Source of the DNA: an uncultured Chloroflexia bacterium
GTDB taxonomy: Bacteria; Chloroflexota; Chloroflexia; Thermomicrobiales; UBA6265
Direction: 5' to 3'
Assembly (NCBI GenBank): GCA_963741965.1
Contig: CAVUKC010000002.1
Coordinates: 2,345,869 to 2,409,868 of the forward strand
Length of the DNA: 64,000 nt
Positions within the stretch are counted from its first letter, which is position 1. The number at the start of each line of letters is the position of its first letter. Under the pieces are notes generated by a model that made no database searches, had not been told where the DNA came from, and saw only the letters and a list, made by a program, of their open reading frames with translations. Below are positions 17,915 to 26,948 of this stretch, piece after piece. Made by a program: the position numbers and the translations under genes.

Positions 17915-18424
17915 GTGATCGAGGTCTTGCTGATTGCCGGCCGATCTGGCGTGGGGAAGACGACAGTGAGCTACGAGGTGTCGGAGTGCCTCCGTGTGCA
18001 CGACATCCCCCATGCGCTCGTCGATGGCGACAATCTGGACGCCGTGTACCCGCCGGTCGACGGCCCGGCGCTGACGGAGCGCAACCTGGCGGCGATCTGG
18101 AAGAACTACCGGCTGCTGGGCCACGATCGATTGATCTACGTCAACACCGTGAGCGTGCTGGAGGATGCGATGATCCGCCGCGCGATCGATGAGGATGTGC
18201 GAATCTCGGGCGTGTTGCTGCAATCCACGGATGCCGCCGCGCTCGAGCGCCTCGCGAGACGGGAGATCGGCACGACGCTCGACGTGCATCTGGAACGAAG
18301 CGCGGCGGCCTCCGCGCTGCTGGAAGCTGACGCGCCAGCGTGGGTACACCGTGTCCCGACCGACGGGCGCACGGTGCGTCAGATCGCCGTGTCGATCCTG
18401 CATCTGACGGAGTGGATCGCATAA
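17915..18424 (+). CDS. P-loop NTPase / small-molecule-kinase-like protein
   Basis: GTG start. Walker A GRSGVGKTT near the N-terminus. The size and layout resemble AAA_33 / adenylylsulfate-kinase-like proteins. Function is uncertain. Confidence 0.6.
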   Translation: MIEVLLIAGRSGVGKTTVSYEVSECLRVHDIPHALVDGDNLDAVYPPVDGPALTERNLAAIWKNYRLLGHDRLIYVNTVSVLEDAMIRRAIDEDVRISGVLLQSTDAAALERLARREIGTTLDVHLERSAAASALLEADAPAWVHRVPTDGRTVRQIAVSILHLTEWIA

Positions 18425-18431
18425 AGCTCGC

Positions 18432-18722
18432 CTATGCGAGGTGGCGGTCTTGCCGGTAGACGCGGTAGGAGAGCCAGGCGAGCAGCGCCGCCCAGAGGCC
18501 GATCAGCCCGAAGAACCGGAGCTGCGGGGCGAGGGCGAACGGGAGCATGATCGGGACGGTGATCAGGTACGCCTGGAATGCACGGCGGGCGTCCCACAGC
18601 ACCATCACGCCGCTGAACCCCCAGATCGCGAAGGTCAGCGCGGTCAGGGGCACCACAAGCTCGCCGGCGGCGCCCGGCAGGCCTCGCTGGACGAGGATCA
18701 CGGCGCCGGTGATGCCGAGCAC
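18432..18722 (-). CDS. Small integral membrane protein (3 TM), unknown function
   Basis: ORF 18432..18722 is hydrophobic throughout and is the last gene of the minus-strand run 21056->18432. Confidence 0.5.
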   Translation of the reverse strand: MLGITGAVILVQRGLPGAAGELVVPLTALTFAIWGFSGVMVLWDARRAFQAYLITVPIMLPFALAPQLRFFGLIGLWAALLAWLSYRVYRQDRHLA

Positions 18723-18783
18723 CAGCGTGCCCAGCAGGCTGAGAAACAGGATCAGGCGTCGCAGGGTAAGGCTCCTCGGGAAG

Positions 18784-19323
18784 TCATGGGTGGTCTTGGT
18801 TCGTGATGTCGAGATGGTACCTAAGCTCTGTCACCGTTGTAGCGCCAATCGATTCGGTTCTCGTAGCGCCATCTGGCCGCCATCCGTAGGTGTCATAGAA
18901 GCGTCTGCCCCGTTCGTTGTCGATCAGAACCCACAGGATTGCCGCCGTGAATCCCTGTTCGCAGAGGTGTGCTACTGCGGCATCCATCAGAGCTCGACCG
19001 ATTCCCCGGCGATACATGCCCGGATCGACGTAGATGGCGGCCAGGTTGCTTGTGGTGTCCGGCAGCGTGGCATCGTCTGTCGGACCGCAGCTGCAGAAAC
19101 CCGCCACTCGATGGTCGACTACGGAAACGAGCGTGACCGCCTTGGGAATCTCGCGCGTCAGCACGTCATGCCAGAAGCGCGTCCGTGCCTCAATAGAGAG
19201 CTCATCCAGGAAGGCTTGAGGCAGCAGATCTCGATAGGCGTGCTGCCAGCTTTCCACGTGGACCCGCGCGATCCCGGCAGCATCTGTGGCGATCGCTTGG
19301 CGGATCGTCACCTGCGACGACAT
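18784..19323 (-). CDS. GNAT-family N-acetyltransferase
   Basis: AAIYVDPGMYRRGIGRALMDAAV (acetyl-CoA motif A, R/Q-x-x-G-x-G/A), followed by RFYDTYGW. Confidence 0.85.
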   Translation of the reverse strand: MSSQVTIRQAIATDAAGIARVHVESWQHAYRDLLPQAFLDELSIEARTRFWHDVLTREIPKAVTLVSVVDHRVAGFCSCGPTDDATLPDTTSNLAAIYVDPGMYRRGIGRALMDAAVAHLCEQGFTAAILWVLIDNERGRRFYDTYGWRPDGATRTESIGATTVTELRYHLDITNQDHP

Positions 19324-19357
19324 CCTGCGGCTCCTTGTCGCGAGGCAGTCGTTGCCG

Positions 19358-20575
19358 TCAGGCCTCGACCGCGGCCTGGCTGCTGCTCTCGCCGGCGGTG
19401 AATGGGTTGTCCCACACGAAGCCCGCCTCGGCGAATCGGCCCGGCGAGAACGGCGCGAGATCGATGTCGACCGCCGCTCCCGCCAGCATGCCCGCGACGA
19501 TGTCGCCGACGGCCAGCGCCCACGAGAAGCCGTTGCCGTTGAACCCGGCGGCGACGGTCAGGTGCTGGAGCTCCGGGTGCCGGCCGATCAGGGGGAGGCC
19601 ATCGGCGGTGAACCCCATGATGCCCGCCCAGCAGCGCATCACGCGGACGCCCGCCAGTGACGGGAAGAGCGTCACGAGTGTCCTGCCGATGCCGGCGAGG
19701 ACATCCGGGGTGACGGACTCGACCTCCATGCCGAGCCCTTCCTGCTGGTCGAGCCGCCGGTAGCCGCCGCAGACGACCTGCCCGCCGGCGGTCTGGCGGC
19801 CGTATTCCTTGTCGAAGTTGGTGTCGAAGGGGCAGGGGATCGTGCCGGGCGCGACCACCTCGGTCGCGAGGATCTGTCCGCGCGCCGGCACCAGCGCGCC
19901 TTTCGGCAGCTCCAGCAGGTGCGGCGTCCACGCGTTGGTGGCGAGCACGATCTCGTCCGCGAACCAGTCGCCTGCGCTGGTGGTCACGCCGGTGACGCGG
20001 TCCCCCTCGGTGATCAGCCCGGTGACGTCGGCGCCGATGACGAGCTCCGCGCCGAGCGCGGCCGCGTTGTCGGCGAGCCCGTGGACGAGGTCGAACGGCC
20101 AGAGGTGACCGCGATCGGCGCCGAACTCGACGGCGACCACCTCGTCGCCGAGGGCCGGAATGCGTTGGCGCGCGGCATCGAGGTCGAGCAGCTCGACGTG
20201 CTGACCGGCGGCCTGCTGCATCGCGACCGTCTCGACCAGGTGTTCCCGCTCCGCCTCGGTGGTGGCGATCGTGACCGCGCCGGTCTTGCGGAACTGGATG
20301 CTGGTGTCGAGCTCGCGCTCGATCTCCTGCATCATCTGCCAGTTGCGGCTGGTGACGGCGTAGACGGCGGCCGATCGCTCCGCGTAGAGCGGCGATCCGG
20401 CGCCGGTGTTGCCGCCGTTGCGGCCGGAGGCGCCAGAGGCGATGCCGCGGCGTTCGAGGAGTCGCACCGTTTTGCCCCGCTTCGCCAGGCGGTAGGCGAT
20501 GGAGCAGCCGATCACGCCGCCACCGACAATGAGCACGTCGCTGCGACGGTTGCTGGGAGTGACGGGGGTGGACAT
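19358..20575 (-). CDS. FAD-dependent oxidoreductase (DAO family; glycine/D-amino-acid/sarcosine-oxidase-like)
   Basis: DVLIVGGGVIGCSIAYRLAKRG...LLE (GxGxxG), SGRNGG. Confidence 0.9.
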   Translation of the reverse strand: MSTPVTPSNRRSDVLIVGGGVIGCSIAYRLAKRGKTVRLLERRGIASGASGRNGGNTGAGSPLYAERSAAVYAVTSRNWQMMQEIERELDTSIQFRKTGAVTIATTEAEREHLVETVAMQQAAGQHVELLDLDAARQRIPALGDEVVAVEFGADRGHLWPFDLVHGLADNAAALGAELVIGADVTGLITEGDRVTGVTTSAGDWFADEIVLATNAWTPHLLELPKGALVPARGQILATEVVAPGTIPCPFDTNFDKEYGRQTAGGQVVCGGYRRLDQQEGLGMEVESVTPDVLAGIGRTLVTLFPSLAGVRVMRCWAGIMGFTADGLPLIGRHPELQHLTVAAGFNGNGFSWALAVGDIVAGMLAGAAVDIDLAPFSPGRFAEAGFVWDNPFTAGESSSQAAVEA

Positions 20576-20594
20576 GGCGGTCCTCCTGGCGGCG

Positions 20595-21056
20595 TCAGGC
20601 CGTGGTCGCGTCAGTATCCGCTGGAGCGTCGGCTGCGTCCTGGAGACGCTCGCGTACTTCCGTCACCAGATCGTCGATGTCGAACGGCTTGAGCACGATG
20701 CCGACGCGCTTGATGCGGAGGTGGCCCTCGAGCTCGCGGGCGAGGTTGAGCGCGGCGGTGCAGACGATGGTCGGCACGCTGGCGGTGCGCCGGTCCATTT
20801 TCATCTTCTGGAGGAGCTGCCAGCCGTGACTTTCGCCGCCGATCATGAAGTCGAGAATCACCAGATCCGGCTGCAGGTTGACCAGGTCGTCCATCTCGTT
20901 GAACGCGAACGAGGAGAGCGAGACGCGGTATCCCTCATCCTCGAGAATCTCCTTGAAGAGGTCGAGGATCTCCTGCGTATCGTTGACCACGACAATGTGC
21001 GGCGCGGTGACGGGCTGGCCGCTGTGGTCATGGACGTGTTGTTCGGTCGTCGCCAT
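20595..21056 (-). CDS. Single-domain response regulator receiver (CheY-like)
   Basis: HIVVVNDTQEI, DLVILDFMIGG (phospho-acceptor Asp), VCTAA, KPF. No output domain. It lies 19 nt upstream of the oxidoreductase. Confidence 0.85.
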   Translation of the reverse strand: MATTEQHVHDHSGQPVTAPHIVVVNDTQEILDLFKEILEDEGYRVSLSSFAFNEMDDLVNLQPDLVILDFMIGGESHGWQLLQKMKMDRRTASVPTIVCTAALNLARELEGHLRIKRVGIVLKPFDIDDLVTEVRERLQDAADAPADTDATTA

Positions 21057-21173
21057 CGTGAATACGCCTCCTCATCGTCGGCCCGGACACGGAGGGTTGC
21101 GCGATGGTCGGGAGTGCTGACATACCCGCATACTCATGCGTGTGCGGGAACATTGTACCCTAGTCATGACACG

Positions 21174-21187
21174 AATCCGCGCGGATT
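21174..21187. promoter_or_regulatory. 14-nt perfect palindrome AATCCGCGCGGATT in the divergent receiver/dynamin intergenic region
   Basis: Seen directly, 54 nt upstream of the proposed dynamin start. Candidate operator only. Confidence 0.3.
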
Positions 21188-21240
21188 TCGGCCGGGATGA
21201 CGGTCGAGCAGGGGCGAGGATCGGCAGGAGCAACGCCTTG

Positions 21241-23142
21241 ATGCGAGGGATCTTCCGCTTCCGGGGACGCCGCGACGGCGCGCCGGAGGACACGTCGGTG
21301 ATCTTGTCCAGCCGGCAGCAGGAGCTGCTGGCGGAGGAGTCACGGCTGCTCGAGCGCCTCGCATCGGTCCTCGCGGCGTTCCCGGCGACGGAGGAGGACC
21401 GCGACGAGCTCCGCCGCACCCGCGAGCAGCTGGGCGACCTCTTCCTGCTCGTGATCGTGGGCGAGTTCAACGCCGGGAAGTCGGCGTTCATCAACGCGCT
21501 GCTCGGTGCCGAGGTGATGCCCGAGGGTGTCACCCCCACGACCTCGGTGATCAACCTGCTGCGGCACGGCGCGGAGCCGTCCGAGACAATGCTGCCGGAC
21601 GGCATCATCCAGCGTACGTGGCCGGCGCCGATGCTGGACGAGATCACCGTCGTCGACACCCCCGGCACCAACGCGATCATTCGCGAGCACGAGGCGCTGA
21701 CCCAGCAGTTCGTGCCCCGCGCCGACCTCGTGCTGTTCGTGACCAGCGCCGACCGCCCGTTCAGCGAGAGCGAGCGGGAGTTCATGGCGACGATCCGCGA
21801 GTGGGGCAAGAAGATCGTCATCATCATCAACAAGGTGGATCTCCTCCGGGACGCCACGCAGCGCGAGCAGGTGGTCGCCTTCGTCCGGGAGAACGTGGAG
21901 CGCCTGCTCGGGTTCAGGCCGGAGATCTTCCCGGTGTCGGCCATGCTGGCGCAGCAGGCGAAGGCGCTGGTGGAGCGCAACCCGGACGAGCGGGACCGCC
22001 TGTGGGCGGCCAGCGAGTTCGAGGCGCTGGAGGACTACATCGTCGAGACGCTCGACGAGGAGGGGCGGGTCCGCCTCAAGCTGCTCAATCCGCTTGGCGT
22101 CGCCGAGCACCTCACCGACCGGTACCTCACCGCCACGCACGACCGCCTCACGGTGCTGGAGGAGGACCTGGTGACGATCCACAAGATCGACCGCCAGCTG
22201 GAGCTGTACCGGGGGGACATGCACCAGCAGTTCACCTTCTACCTCACCCGCATCGAGAACATCATCCACAAGATGAACGCCCGGGGCGACGAGTTCTTCG
22301 AGGACACGATTCGGATCGGCCGCGTGTTCGACCTGATGAATACCGACAAGATCCGCAACGAGTTCGACCGCAAGGTCGTCGGCGACACCGAGCGCGACAT
22401 CGATCGCACCATCGACGAGCTGATCGACTGGATGGTCGAGCAGGATCTGCACCTCTGGGAGACGGTCAACGACTACATCGACCGGCGTCGCCTCAACAAG
22501 TACGCCGACGAGCTGATCGGCGAGGTCGGCGGGCAGTTCCGTTACGACCGCCGCGAGAAGCTCGATTCCGTCTCGACGCGCGCACAGGAGGAGGTTGTGC
22601 GGTACGACGCCGATGCGCACGCGCGGCAGCTTTCCATGTCAGTGCGCAACGCGGTCGCCGCCGTCGCGGTCGCGGAGGCGGGCGCGGTCGGGCTCGGCGC
22701 GCTGGTGGTGGCCGCGGCCAGCACGGCGGCGGTCGACGTGACCGGCATCCTCGCCGCCAGCGTGCTCGCCGGTGTCGGGCTGTTCGTGCTGCCGGTGAAG
22801 CGGCGGCAGGCGCGCAAGGAGTTCCACACCCGCTCGAGCGAGCTGCAGGAGCGGCTGGTCACCGTGATGCGGGAGCAGTTCGAGCACGAGCTGAACCGAT
22901 CCATCAACCGGATCGAGGAGGCCGTCGCGCCGTACACGCGCTTCGTGCGGTCGTCCCAGGCGGAGATGGAGCAGATGCGCGATGACCTGACGGGTGTCCG
23001 CAACGAGCTGCGGTCGCTCCGCCACCGCATCGAGGGCGCGCCGCCGGAGACGGTGCTGCCGCCCGCAAGCACGGCGGATACACCCCCGAACGGCACGGCA
23101 GGACCGATCGCGCTTCCTGAGGGAACGACGCGAGACGCATAG
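21241..23142 (+). CDS. Bacterial dynamin-like protein (BDLP-type large GTPase)
   Basis: G1 GEFNAGKSAFINALLG, G3 VVDTPGTNAI, G4 IINKVDLL. A hydrophobic hairpin near the C-terminus (AVAVAEAGAVGLGALVVAAASTAAVDVTGILAASVLAGVGLFVLP) is followed by a helical tail. The start is uncertain (21136-21241). Confidence 0.9.
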   Translation: MRGIFRFRGRRDGAPEDTSVILSSRQQELLAEESRLLERLASVLAAFPATEEDRDELRRTREQLGDLFLLVIVGEFNAGKSAFINALLGAEVMPEGVTPTTSVINLLRHGAEPSETMLPDGIIQRTWPAPMLDEITVVDTPGTNAIIREHEALTQQFVPRADLVLFVTSADRPFSESEREFMATIREWGKKIVIIINKVDLLRDATQREQVVAFVRENVERLLGFRPEIFPVSAMLAQQAKALVERNPDERDRLWAASEFEALEDYIVETLDEEGRVRLKLLNPLGVAEHLTDRYLTATHDRLTVLEEDLVTIHKIDRQLELYRGDMHQQFTFYLTRIENIIHKMNARGDEFFEDTIRIGRVFDLMNTDKIRNEFDRKVVGDTERDIDRTIDELIDWMVEQDLHLWETVNDYIDRRRLNKYADELIGEVGGQFRYDRREKLDSVSTRAQEEVVRYDADAHARQLSMSVRNAVAAVAVAEAGAVGLGALVVAAASTAAVDVTGILAASVLAGVGLFVLPVKRRQARKEFHTRSSELQERLVTVMREQFEHELNRSINRIEEAVAPYTRFVRSSQAEMEQMRDDLTGVRNELRSLRHRIEGAPPETVLPPASTADTPPNGTAGPIALPEGTTRDA

Positions 23143-23187
23143 CGCGAGACTGCTGCGCATCGCACTCATCTGAACAGGAGCGACCGG

Positions 23188-24324
23188 ATGCGACGCGCCA
23201 TCGCCACGACCCTGCTCGCGTGCCTCGTGGCGGCGATGTTGCCTGTGTGGCCCGTCTCGGCGCAAACCCCGGAGGCGACTGAGGCGCCGCCGTTCCTGCC
23301 GTGGAGCGTGACCGACGTGCGCTCCTTCGAGGTCGACGGCACACCGGTGGCGCTGTCGCCCGATGGCCGCTGGATTGCCGGCACCGGACCGGGCGAGACC
23401 AGCATCTGCGCCTGGTCGGTCGAAACGCTCGAGCCGACCTGCGCCGGCCACGACCTTGATGTTCAGGCGCATCCCATCAGTGGGGGGCTCGCGTGGGCGC
23501 CAGACAGCTCCGCGGTCGCGTTCATCAATGGCGACTGGCGGGATCTCGAGCCGACCGACGTGATGCTCTTCGATGTCGAGCGCGGCTGGCTGCGCAACAT
23601 CACCCAGACCGCGATCTCGGGGCGCCTGCTGATTCACACCGGACCGGCCTGGACGGCGGACAGCTCCCGCATCGTCTATGCGGAGACCGACCCCGCAGCC
23701 ACGGACTCGCCGCCATCCATCATCTACTACGATCGGCGCCTGACCATCGGCGTGCCCGTGCCCCTGGAGGACGCGTTCTCGATCTACGCCCCGGTGGTGA
23801 CGCTTCCGGATGATTCGGTGCTGTTCCGCATCGACACCGCGCCGGAGGGAATCGAGAACGCCGGTATCTGGCGGGTGGATCCGGATGGCGGCAACCTGAG
23901 CCGGGTGTTCGGCGGCGAGGACGGGCCGCCTGTCATCGACCGACCGGTCGTGACCGGTGTGTCCGGGAACGGTGCGTATCTCACGGTGGCGTCGCAAACG
24001 GCGATCGAGCGCCTCGCGATCTCCGACGCGTTCTACCTGGTGACGGTGGATTCCGGCGAGGTGCGGCCAGTGACCCTGGATGATGGTCAGGTGGTGAGCC
24101 AGCCGGTGTTCGGGAGGGCCGCTCGCTTCCTGCTTGTGCAGGACGGTGCCAGGCACGGGGTCTCCCTGCGCGTGATGGAGCCGTCGTCGGAGGAGACGCA
24201 GGTGCTGGATGGCGTCGTGCTCACCGGCGCCTGGCTGCGGCAACCGGCGACGTGGGCCGCGAACGGAACGGTGCTGATTCCCGATGGCCACGGCGGCACG
24301 CTGCTGCGGCTCACGTGGGGATAG
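23188..24324 (+). CDS. Secreted PD40/TolB-like beta-propeller repeat protein (paralog 1)
   Basis: Signal peptide MRRAIATTLLACLVAAMLPVWPVSA|QTPEAT. PD40-type repeats LSPDGRWIAG, AWAPDSSAVAF, PAWTADSSRIVY. Confidence 0.75.
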   Translation: MRRAIATTLLACLVAAMLPVWPVSAQTPEATEAPPFLPWSVTDVRSFEVDGTPVALSPDGRWIAGTGPGETSICAWSVETLEPTCAGHDLDVQAHPISGGLAWAPDSSAVAFINGDWRDLEPTDVMLFDVERGWLRNITQTAISGRLLIHTGPAWTADSSRIVYAETDPAATDSPPSIIYYDRRLTIGVPVPLEDAFSIYAPVVTLPDDSVLFRIDTAPEGIENAGIWRVDPDGGNLSRVFGGEDGPPVIDRPVVTGVSGNGAYLTVASQTAIERLAISDAFYLVTVDSGEVRPVTLDDGQVVSQPVFGRAARFLLVQDGARHGVSLRVMEPSSEETQVLDGVVLTGAWLRQPATWAANGTVLIPDGHGGTLLRLTWG

Positions 24325-24397
24325 CCGTGTGGGCGATCGGCCGCTATCGCGCGATACTGGTGCCCGGGACCGTGATACCAGCGGCGCGTGCGGTGGG

Positions 24398-25603
24398 ATG
24401 AGGACGAGGATGATGCACATGAATCTTCGTGCGGGTGTGCAAGCTCTGTTGGTGCTGGCGGCGATGCTGCTCCCACCGATGCTGGCGAGTGCGCAGACCC
24501 CGGAGGCGACTCCGGTTGGCTCCGGCTCGGAGTGGCGGATCGCGGACATCAATCGGCTCGTCACCGATGGCCAGCTGGTGGCCATCTCCCCGGATGGACA
24601 GTGGATCGCCGGGGTGAGCCCGTCGCGCCAGTTCTGCATCTGGGATGTCGCGACGCTGACACCGACCTGCGTCGACGCGGAGCTGCCGATCCGGCCGGAG
24701 ACCATCGCCTGGGCGCCGGACAGCACCGCCGTGGCGTTCGCGCTGGATGCCGTCCGCCAGGGGCATGAGAGCGATATCTACGTCTATGAGATGGCCGACC
24801 GGACGCTGACGAACCTCACCGACGACGGCGTGGAGGGATCGCTGCTCAACACGCCGTCCGGGACGCCACTCGATGACGTGCCCGCGTGGTCGCCGGACGG
24901 CTCGCAGATCGCATTCGCGCGGTCCGAGCGTGGCGAGGACGCCGGATCCACCACGATCATGCGCATCGACCGGGCAGGAGGCGCGCCCGAGGTGGTCTAC
25001 CGCCTGCCGGTCGAGGAGCCGCTCGTGGTCTGGCTGCCGATAGCGTGGCTGCCGGACGGCGACCTCGTCTTCTCGCAGATCTCGGCCAACCTGCATGACG
25101 ACCGCAACGGCATCTGGCGGGTGCCGGCCGCTGGCGGGGATGCAACGTTGGTGTTGCCGGGATCCGACCTCGCTGACGTGCCCGGTCCGGAAATCGCGAG
25201 CGTCGATCGCGACCGCGGCGTCGCCATCGTGTTCTCACGATTCCTGCTCGGCAGATTTGGCGCGCAGGCGGACCAGCCGCTCTTCTGGATCGTCGATATG
25301 GCGAGCGGGGAGCATCGGGAGTTGCCTGCGCTGGAGGGCACCGATTCACCCGTTCAGACCAGGATCTTCGGGGCGGATTTTGCCCCGGACGGGATGAGCG
25401 TGATCGCATGGTCGACCGCTGCTCCATCGGGATACGCGCTGGTGATGATCGACATGAGCACTGGCGCCGTGACGAACCTCGATCTGCCGGAGCAGCAGGA
25501 GCCGATCCCGCCCCTTCAGCCGCAGTGGGTGGCAGGCAACGAAGTGATGCTGACATCCCCCTCTGGTGCCTGGCTGCTCACGCTGGAACACGACGGCTCG
25601 TAG
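24398..25603 (+). CDS. Secreted PD40/TolB-like beta-propeller repeat protein (paralog 2)
   Basis: Signal peptide ...LLVLAAMLLPPMLASA|QTPEAT. ISPDGQWIAG, AWAPDSTAVAF, PAWSPDGSQIAF, FAPDGMSVIAW. Colinear similarity to the preceding gene. Confidence 0.75.
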   Translation: MRTRMMHMNLRAGVQALLVLAAMLLPPMLASAQTPEATPVGSGSEWRIADINRLVTDGQLVAISPDGQWIAGVSPSRQFCIWDVATLTPTCVDAELPIRPETIAWAPDSTAVAFALDAVRQGHESDIYVYEMADRTLTNLTDDGVEGSLLNTPSGTPLDDVPAWSPDGSQIAFARSERGEDAGSTTIMRIDRAGGAPEVVYRLPVEEPLVVWLPIAWLPDGDLVFSQISANLHDDRNGIWRVPAAGGDATLVLPGSDLADVPGPEIASVDRDRGVAIVFSRFLLGRFGAQADQPLFWIVDMASGEHRELPALEGTDSPVQTRIFGADFAPDGMSVIAWSTAAPSGYALVMIDMSTGAVTNLDLPEQQEPIPPLQPQWVAGNEVMLTSPSGAWLLTLEHDGS

Positions 25604-25620
25604 CCGGAAAAGGAGCAGCG

Positions 25621-25866
25621 ATGGGTTCGCCATATCACGACGACGACACCGAGCATGAGCACGACCCGGAGCCGATGTGGGATCTGGAGGACATGGGTGA
25701 GGAGCCGTTCGGTCCGCCGTTCCGGCGCGGTATTCCGCTCTGGGTAGTGGTGATCACGGTGATCATCGTGCTCGGCCTGCTGATCCTGCTGGCCTGGCCG
25801 CTGGTGGCCGAGCTGCTCGACCGTGGCGGGGATTCCGGCGGGTTCCCCACGCCGGGACCGGTGTAG
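25621..25866 (+). CDS. Small single-pass membrane protein with an Asp/Glu/His-rich N-terminal tail
   Basis: AAGGAG lies 5 nt before the ATG at 25621. MGSPYHDDDTEHEHDPEPMWDLEDMGEE, then the TM helix IPLWVVVITVIIVLGLLILLAWPLV. Confidence 0.5.
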   Translation: MGSPYHDDDTEHEHDPEPMWDLEDMGEEPFGPPFRRGIPLWVVVITVIIVLGLLILLAWPLVAELLDRGGDSGGFPTPGPV

Positions 25867-26011
25867 GAGCGTATCTGGTGACCTCTCCTGCTGTGGTGTC
25901 TACGTAACTCGCCGTCCGGTTTCGGCTTCTCACGAAACGGAACTGGATGGCGTTGCGTTGGTATGGGCAATGGGGGCCCTCCAAACCAACGTCGTGTTCT
26001 CGCACCGGTGG

Positions 26012-26025
26012 ACGCATCGATGCGT
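26012..26025. promoter_or_regulatory. 14-nt perfect palindrome ACGCATCGATGCGT upstream of the triple-SH3b gene
   Basis: Seen directly, 48 nt before the ATG at 26073, flanked by the direct repeat GTGGACGCA. Candidate operator only. Confidence 0.25.
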
Positions 26026-26072
26026 GGACGCACCACAACAACACACGCACACCGATGTGCGGGAGAGACACC

Positions 26073-26873
26073 ATGTATCGTCGACAGTTTCTCAAGGCAG
26101 CTATTGGAAGCAGCGTCGCCGTCGCCGCCGGGCAGGTGAGCGGAATCGCCCCGCTGTTCGGCAGCGCCGCGGCGCAGAACGGGGACCAGCAGCGGACGGT
26201 TCAGGTCGACCGCCTCAACCTCCGCTCCGGGCCGGGGCTCGGCTACGACGTCGTGACCGTGCTCTCGTACGGGGACGTCGTCTCGATCGCGGGCGGCACC
26301 CAGTGGGCCGACGGATACGAGTGGGTCGAGGTTGCGGTGTACGGCTCGCAGGCGCACGGTTGGGTCGCGGCCGAGTACATCGGCACCAATGCCGGGGACT
26401 GGGGGAGCGCCACACCGGGCGCGACGCGGATCGTCAATACGGACGTGCTGAACCTGCGCCTCGGGCCGGGGCTCAGCCATGACGTGATCACCGGGCTGGC
26501 GTACGGAACCGAGGTGGTCGCCACCGGGAACTCCCTGCTGGCCGATGGATACGACTGGTGGGAGGTCGATGTCGAGTCGCGTGGGCTGACTGGCTGGGTG
26601 GCGTCCGAGCTGCTCGCCAGTGGCCCGGGTACGGGCCCTGCCGGGTCGCCGAAGGACCGGGTGCAGGTCGCCGATGGACCGCTCCACGTGCGCTCGGAGC
26701 CGGGTTTGGACGGTGAGGTGTACTACAGCGCGCCGTCCGGCGCCTACGGCACCGTGATGGATCCAGACTTCGTCGAGGCCGATGGCTACACCTGGGTCTA
26801 CGTGCAGCTCGACGACAACGCCGTCATCGGCTGGATGGCCCTGGCGTACCTGTCATACATCGACGTCGCCTGA
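26073..26873 (+). CDS. Tat-signal secreted protein with three SH3b (bacterial SH3) domains
   Basis: MYRRQFLKAAIGSSVAVAAG (twin-arginine motif). Three repeats of L(N/H)(L/V)RSGPG...V......G....(W/Y)..V.....GWVA.E(Y/L). Confidence 0.75.
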   Translation: MYRRQFLKAAIGSSVAVAAGQVSGIAPLFGSAAAQNGDQQRTVQVDRLNLRSGPGLGYDVVTVLSYGDVVSIAGGTQWADGYEWVEVAVYGSQAHGWVAAEYIGTNAGDWGSATPGATRIVNTDVLNLRLGPGLSHDVITGLAYGTEVVATGNSLLADGYDWWEVDVESRGLTGWVASELLASGPGTGPAGSPKDRVQVADGPLHVRSEPGLDGEVYYSAPSGAYGTVMDPDFVEADGYTWVYVQLDDNAVIGWMALAYLSYIDVA

Positions 26874-26948
26874 CCGGTGGGGTCGCATGGCTGGGGAGGT
26901 GATCGCCGCGGAGTCGTCTCCCCTGCCGGCACCCCGGCGCTGGAGCAT

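Noticed and set aside
18784-19323. The GNAT acetyltransferase gene as a horizontally acquired segment because of lower GC.
   Set aside because: One sampled 60-nt line gave 57% G+C, only modestly below the surroundings. The gene is embedded in a co-directional operon. This is not convincing without computation.
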